A stretch of 64,000 nt of DNA from the human T2T-CHM13v2.0 reference genome, Homo sapiens, in assembly GCF_009914755.1 (NCBI RefSeq), contig NC_060944.1; one strand, written 5' to 3'. A model generated the notes under the pieces. It was not told where the DNA came from. It was given only the letters and a program-made list of their open reading frames with translations, and searched no databases. Position numbers and translations under genes: made by a program. Shown here in pieces: positions 56,798-64,000 of the stretch. Numbering within the stretch: position 1 is the stretch's first letter; the number at the start of each line of letters is the position of its first letter.

Positions 56798-59352
56798 TTA
56801 CTCTCTAAGACTCACACAGGTTGTAGGCAGCAGAGCCCAGAATTCAAAGCCAGTTCCATTTGCTTCATAAACTAGAGCTCTTTTGAACACACAGCACAAC
56901 CTCTCAAGCTTTAGTCCATAGGAAAAAAATGCACATCTCATTAAAGCAACACAGAGTCTAATTATTTTTAATGTCATCATTGGTGATTCAAAAGGCAACA
57001 ATCACTACAAACAGAAAAAAAAAAAATCTGGGTCACCTAAGGAAACAGAACAGGTTAGTTACAAAAGGTAATATTATCTATTACAGGTAGGAGTTGCTGG
57101 CAAGAGTTTGCCCTGCTGTCTGGCTGTGTTTCCTTCTGTGATATTTCTTTGTTGGAAGTTTATATGTAGAGACATTTTTTGAAATAGGGCGTTAATTGTA
57201 TAAGCCACTGTGGAAGCACTTCTTCCATTTGGTCATTTAAAAACCTTTGATTTTATTAAAGAATGGTGATCTCTCCACATTTCCTACTATGCAGAATGAA
57301 AATATAGTCTGTAGCCAGTTATCCTTTTGAACAAAGCCTTGTTATAACTCTACCACTGGAATCTTCTATAGAGCTGTGCAATGTGGTTTTACCCATAAAA
57401 CATACACTTAAACAATCAAGAATATATTGTATTTGGTACTTGGTAAAGGGTTTGCATTTTTTCCCCTGTTCATGTAATACACTTGGAAGATGGTGTTATA
57501 CAAGAGGTAGTGATTCTGCATACAATGCAATGCTAATGTTTATTATCATTATTATTATTTCACAAAGTTTAGTTTCTTTTAGCCTATTGCCAATTGCTTT
57601 GGGGAGTACAAACACAGAGGCTCATTATATAAAATTTCCAGTGCAATCATATATATTAACTTAAGAACACTAGCTTTAGTAGTGTAAGGTTTAAATTCAA
57701 AAATGCTCCAGGGAGACGCCAGGTTAGACTAATGAATCAACAGAGTCATATATTTTGCCCTGCATTCTTTGGCAAAACGTGCTTCCTTTGGCACAAAGAG
57801 AAACATGCAGACAGTGAAAGCGGTCTTCTGGGAGTCCTGAAAACTGGCCTGAGATCATGGGTCAGGTGGTTTGTACTCTAGCAATAAAAGCACTTGACTT
57901 GTTTCTCAGACAATTATGAGCTCTCATTCTGTGCAGTTCCGTGGGCAGCCTTCCATAGGGTGATCAAGAAAGAGAAAGAACAGCCTCTGTTTTCAAGCTT
58001 TCTCAGCTAGAAAGCTTCATCTCCTTCTAACCTTCCTAGTTGAAATCAAAGGGCTAATGTTGCCTCGCCCAAGCCAGGGAGCCAGAGAGGCTGTGTGTCT
58101 TGTGGGTCCTGCAGTCTCCATTGCTTCATCTGATAACCTATGTTCTATCTGAAACAACCAAAAGGCAGACTGCTCAACAGCAAAACAAGTGAATGGAAGA
58201 GCAGGCTTATTCTCCACGTCTGGTTCAAGAATTCTTCCTGAGCTGTGATTGGAATGTTTCTCTGGTGCTGTCAGCTTCCAGCCTAAAATAATACACCAGC
58301 AATCTCTTAATGCTAAGAACAGATCTGAGGCATTTACCTCACTTATGGGTAAAGTCACTCAGTAGTTAAGTTTTCCTGCAAAGACTAACAGAGCCCAAAG
58401 GGGAAAAAGAGTCACTTGGGAGTACATGCCTTTTTGTCTGACCTTGGCTCTCAGCACAAGATATTTACAGCCTTTGAGCTTGATATTCTAGAATTGTTAC
58501 AGAGATTAGCTCTGGAAAAGAAATAGACTAGAAGGATAAAGGGAAGGAATCATAGCTTATGAAGGTTTTACTCTGCATCAGACCGCTTTCTAGTTCTATG
58601 ACTTAACGTCCTATAGGCTGTAAGGTTCTCTGCGTGAACACTTCTTTCCTGGCCTCCTTTCTGCCCCATTCCTCTTAAACTCAGTTGCTGAGTTTATTAT
58701 CCCTGTGCATCCCTGGGCATGTTCATTCACATATGAAACAATCAGGAGACCTTGCTATTTCTTATCTCTGATTTGATGGAAAATATAATCTTTGGCGCTG
58801 CAGTGGGAATATTGGCTTGGGGTTGGATACTACAGACCCTCTGATCTTGGTCTTCAAATTATACTCATTAAGTATAGGCTCATTGAAATTTCCACATTGT
58901 ATTATTGGTATTAAGTTTATAAAACATATAGGTTTACAATTAATATAGATTCTTTCTTTATGGAATTGCATTATAGGAACTATTTGGTTTTTATACCTAG
59001 GGACCCTGCAGATGGATTTTATATCACTGCAGATTTGTTAAACCAGAGTCATAAACATCAGCATTTTCTGCTTGGTGTCAAAGACTCAATATCCACAATT
59101 ATCTAATGAGTGTGTCAGACCCATAATACCACACACACACCATCATGAGTGGCACCAAGTGACTGACTGCCTGTTTATTTGTCAATTTTATTTGACAGAA
59201 GTTTAAAAACTTCAATCATCTTCCACTTATTATCATAAAAAAGAAAAAAGAAAAAAGAAAAAATCAATTAGCCATATTCCTTTTTTGTCAGGATAATTTT
59301 GTCTTTTCCCAACTAACCACTTTTTTTTTTTCTTTTTTTGCTTTTCCTTAAG

Positions 59353-59482
59353 GGCTTTTGCAAGGCATATGCTAGAGAAAAAAATTGGAGTGGTGGTCGT
59401 GGGATTTCCAGCCACTCCCCTCGCAGAAGCTCGGGCTCGGTTTTGTGTTTCAGCGGCACATACCCGGGAGATGTTAGACACG
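59353..59482 (+). CDS. SPTLC3: SPTLC3 coding exon (exon 11, 130 nt; phase 2 to 0)
   Basis: Encodes (A)[43 protein letters not shown], with the typical SPT C-terminal VGFPATP/RARFC motifs. Long polypyrimidine tract plus ttaAG|, donor ACG|GTGAGT. The last exon lies beyond the window. Confidence 0.97.
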
Positions 59483-62410
59483 GTGAGTACACCACAGGCC
59501 AACGGGATCTCAGTACCAGTACCTTGGATTCAAAGCAAGTCCTTTTGTTGAGACAGCTTGGGGTTCTCTGGGTTTCTCTTGGGTTATTTAGGAAAACAAC
59601 ACTGACAAAAGTCACTGCCAAAAAACAAGAGCTCGTCAACAACAGCCAACACTGTGACCACTCAGTAGATAGAAATGAAAATCAGTTTAGTGAAGATTTC
59701 AATCAGTGTTTTGGTTTCCTACAAAAGACTGACTGAGTAGCCAAATGTTCTTCTATTTACTTGATCTTAAATGCAAAAGCTGGTCTAAAATGCTGTTTTA
59801 GACTTAATTACATGCATCCTGACATTTTTCATAGCCACTAAATCTGCCATAATAAAATATGACCCAACTAAGCAACATGTTGGAAAACCAACAAGAACAA
59901 ATCTACATTACAGCAGCACCTAAGTGAGGTGGAAATGATTTTAAAATTGCCTTTTATTGTCCCTCGATTTCCATTGTTATGTGAATGAGTAATATCAGAG
60001 AACTAAGCCATCTACTCAGTTTGGAGTTAATGGGAAGAGTCACATAACATAAATGCAGTTTTGCAAACACTATTGAGAGTCAACTATGTGCAAACTTGGG
60101 GCAAAAAGTCTAGGAGAAGATGCTAATAAACAAGCAACACATATAATACCAGACAGAATGAATGAATCTTGAAGAAGAAATATAGAAAACTGTGGGATCA
60201 TGAAGGTGGGGTGAATTATTAGAGTGGAGAAGATTCACAGGGGAGGTGGCTTTTGAGCCAGGCCTTTTTAATAAAGCTTATCGAGCATCATTCAAGACTT
60301 CCAATCAGTGGAGTGACACAATCATGTCATTATGAAATAAACGTGACAAATGAACTGGAGAGGAAAGGGGCAAAAGGAAAGGATCTAAGATGTAGCTATT
60401 TAAACAAAACAAGAGATGACAAGGCTAATGGTAGTGGAAACAAAAGAAACTAATCCATGAACAAATATTACAAATGAATGGAACTGCCATGACTTGACAA
60501 ATGATTGGATGTGGTGCATATGTGGGAAGAGAGAATCAAAGACAATTTGAGGTCTTTAGCCCTGATGAATAGAAGGATGGTGAAGCACTTAAATGAGATA
60601 AGGTATACAGTAAGGAACAGCAAATTTTCAATGGGAGTGGGGGAATAGAATGAGCTCAGTCCTAGACATGTTGAGACTATGTGTCCATGGTCCACCTATA
60701 GAAGAAAAATAAGGTTCTAGAGCTTAGGAGAGTATGCAAAGCTGGAACTGCTATAGTTTAGGGAACTGAGGGATCCTTACAGCCAACAGTAGAAGATGTA
60801 ATTGTCCAGATATGAGCAAGAGTGAACAGGGCAGACTCCTGGGGAGTGCCTACATTCCAGGGTAGATACAGGAATCGCAGGTGGGGACCCAGACTTACAT
60901 GGAACTAGAGCAGTCAGGAAAGACATGTTCAGTGTAGTATTAAACTCCATACAGAGGAGAAAGTTTCAAGAAGGAGGAGGGTCAAAATGCCCCTCAAAAC
61001 TGCAGGAAGTTTAAATGCAGTGAGTGATGAGAAGAAACTATTGGATTAGCAATTAGTAGGAACTTGATGTTCCATAGAGTAGGCATTTTAAGGGAATGAA
61101 GGGAACAGAAATAATAAAAAAATAAAAGAGTAAAGAGGATAACTTGAGTTTGAAATTATACACGTACACATGTGCACACACACGCACACACACACAGAGT
61201 TGCCATGTCCTTCGTCTTCACCAGTATAGCCTCAAAACATAAACCATTGTATTGTACACAGTAGGTACACAGTACAAATTATTGAGTAGCATGTTAACAA
61301 CTGAGCTAACCAGATTTTGAGATGAGTGAACTTTGTTTTCTTTACACCCTTCTATATTTCCCAGATTCTCTAAAATGAGTATGTATTTCCAGAATGTGAA
61401 TTTTAACAAATTGTTTCTTTTAAATGAAATGAGTTGGTGTTAAGAAAAGACAGGCAAAACTTTCAAGAAGTCTGACTGTAGAAAGAAAAATAGGTTTAGA
61501 AAATACCCTTGAAAATGTAGAAGGCTTGAGCATGTTTACACATTAAGGGAAGAAGACAGTGAAGAGGGGACCTTGCACAGAAGGGAGAGAAGAGAGCATG
61601 GCCGGGAAGCAAGTTCCCTGAGATGGCAGGAGGGACACACAGCATGGATGAATTTGTAATTTTGTGCTCCAAGCAGCACTGAGGTATTCATGTATGTGAT
61701 TCTCTTCACAACTTCTTAATTGCTGCAAAACACCTGCTTTGAAAGGATACTGAGACATCAGTCATCTAGACAAATGCCTCTAAACTGTTGAGATCATGTG
61801 CCCATCTCAACAGAAAATTTTGAGCAGTTCCTTAATGTACATGTAAGAGAAAATGGAAAATGACCCTGATGAACAGCCAGTACATTAAGGTAGCAATTGA
61901 ACCTAAAGGCTCATAGACTAGAAATAATATTAGACAAATGCACTCTGCGACCACATTTGGACAAGACAGAGACAAGGCCACAATACTTAATGTCTCCCTC
62001 TTCTGACTGACATGTGTGACAGTTGCTCATTCACCAATAACAACTCTAGCCTCGCTTTCATTCTCTCGCCTTTCAGATAGAAATTATAAATATATAGCCA
62101 GCCAGTGAACTGCTCCCACTTCTTAACAGCATCCAACCCAGAACTGGTCCCTGCTTCCTTAGAGTCATCTCAGGCACAAGCTCAAATGCAGTGAGAAGCC
62201 ACTCCCATCTTCCTGTCACTAAGATGCCCACGGTTCTTCTGCAGTGTCCTCCCTCTCCCATCTCAGCAAGCTAAAGAAACCTAACTCTGAGCACGAGTGT
62301 GTTCTGGGTGGTCTTGGATCAGCAGACATTAACATAAATTCTTTATAAATGATCTATGCAATACCAATATATTACGTACATTATATAAGAGACACACAAA
62401 TAAAAGTTTA

Positions 62411-62869
<459 letters not shown>

Positions 62870-63250
62870 CTATCCCAGAGAGGTGTCATTTTAAAGATAA
62901 CTTTGGTTACTTTTTCTTAGTACTGAGATTTGATGTAGGAAATTTAGAAAAACAGGGAAGAACATTTTAAATACTCATACTCCTACCACCAAGAAATCAA
63001 TTACTGTTAACAAGTTGGAGGAAATCTTAATTAATGTCAGTTTGAAAGATTTCCCAAAGAGGAAAGTCCATAAGATCTATTAGTCACCCATTCTAACATT
63101 AACAACCCTCACCTTACCTTTTCAAAGCATTAGACCCTAATATTATCTTCCTCCTCATTTGGCAGGTTAAGAAAAACAGGCTCAGAAAGGTTAAAAAGGC
63201 ATGACCAATACCACAGGATTGGTGATATACTAGAATTGAAAATGACCTTT

Positions 63251-63467
63251 TTTTTATTTTATTATTAATATACTTTAAGTTTTAGGGTACATGTGCACAA
63301 CGTGCAGGTTTGTTACATATGTATACATGTGCCATGTTGGTGTGCTGCACCCATTAACTCGTCATTTAGCATTAGGTATATCTCCTAATGCTATCCCTCC
63401 CCACTCCCCCCATCCCACAACAGTCCCTGGTGTGTGATGTTCCCCTTCCTGTGTCCATGTGTTCTCA
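63251..63467 (-). mobile_element. Young L1PA (PA2-4-like) 3' fragment, antisense
   Basis: tactttaagttttagggtacatgtgcacaacgtgcagg..aggtatatctcctaatgctatccctcccc. TSD gaaaatgacctttt at 63238 and 63468. Confidence 0.93.
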
Positions 63468-64000
63468 GAAAATGACCTTTTTTTACTTCCTGGATCTCAT
63501 TTGTTTCATGTGCAAAATGGGGGATACATGTACCCACCTAAAGTAAGAGAGTTGAAACAGACAAGTTCTCAGTCCCTGTGAGTTAAGTTCTAGTATTTTC
63601 TGGGACACAGAGATGAGTATTTAAAAGCAGGAGGCCTGGGGTAGCATGAGAGGACAGAGGATGATGTTAATCAGCTCCCGCAACATTCCTCTTTGTTCTT
63701 GGCCAGGTGATTTGCTGTGTCATGAAGATATAACTTCAAATGCATTCTGCAACCTTATCTTTTTCTTCCACAAGACTACATATAAGTCACTACATTTTAA
63801 AATAAAACCTTTTAAGGGTAAGCATGGGTCACATGTTTTTATTCTTCTCTTCACACTCTCAAAATAAAATAAACATTCATAGTATGGAGTTAGACCACTA
63901 AATAAAATTAATTAGCATCTAACATTCCTCTAGGGTCTTAAACCACAACCTAATGGTACGGATCTTGCTTCTTTTCTTTAAAATCAAAGAAGCTAGCAAA

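Noticed and set aside
57995-58017. Small hairpin aagctttct-cagct-agaaagctt; also the palindrome ggattctagaatcc near 51476
   Set aside because: Stems of 9 bp or less are expected by chance in 64 kb, and the spacing does not fit a heat-shock element.
59338-59736. 132-aa ORF overlapping exon 11 in another frame
   Set aside because: Shadow frame with a non-ATG start inside the polypyrimidine tract; no independent evidence.

Overview
Human (primate) genomic DNA from inside the SPTLC3 gene (serine palmitoyltransferase long-chain base subunit 3; chr20p12.1 from memory), on the + strand. Five coding exons with canonical GT-AG borders join in one frame: 9461-9566, 16854-17073, 25942-26068, 53352-53487 and 59353-59482 (exons 7-11 by recalled numbering). 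They include the PLP-binding GTFTKSFG lysine. The remaining ~99% is intron rich in Alu, L1, L2, MIR, MaLR/ERVL LTR and MER DNA-transposon relics. Nearly all other ORFs in the track are repeat-derived or random. I see no CRISPR array, RNA gene or prokaryote-like system, and nothing that proves a new biological system. The best leads are a possible hidden splicing and RNA-structure layer. (1) A duplicated copy of the exon-8 acceptor and exon start at ~15.9 kb, ending in an in-frame stop plus AATAAA. (2) An in-frame 171-nt candidate cassette exon at 20486-20656. (3) An old ~300-350-bp inverted duplication (32444-32752 / 33827-34183) covering the donor of a phase-compatible cryptic exon and interleaved with an inverted Alu pair. 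(4) An 89-nt near-palindromic hairpin at 42286-42374. (5) An identical, divergently oriented CTCF-motif pair bracketing exons 7-8. Repeat family names are recognised by eye and old-repeat boundaries are approximate.
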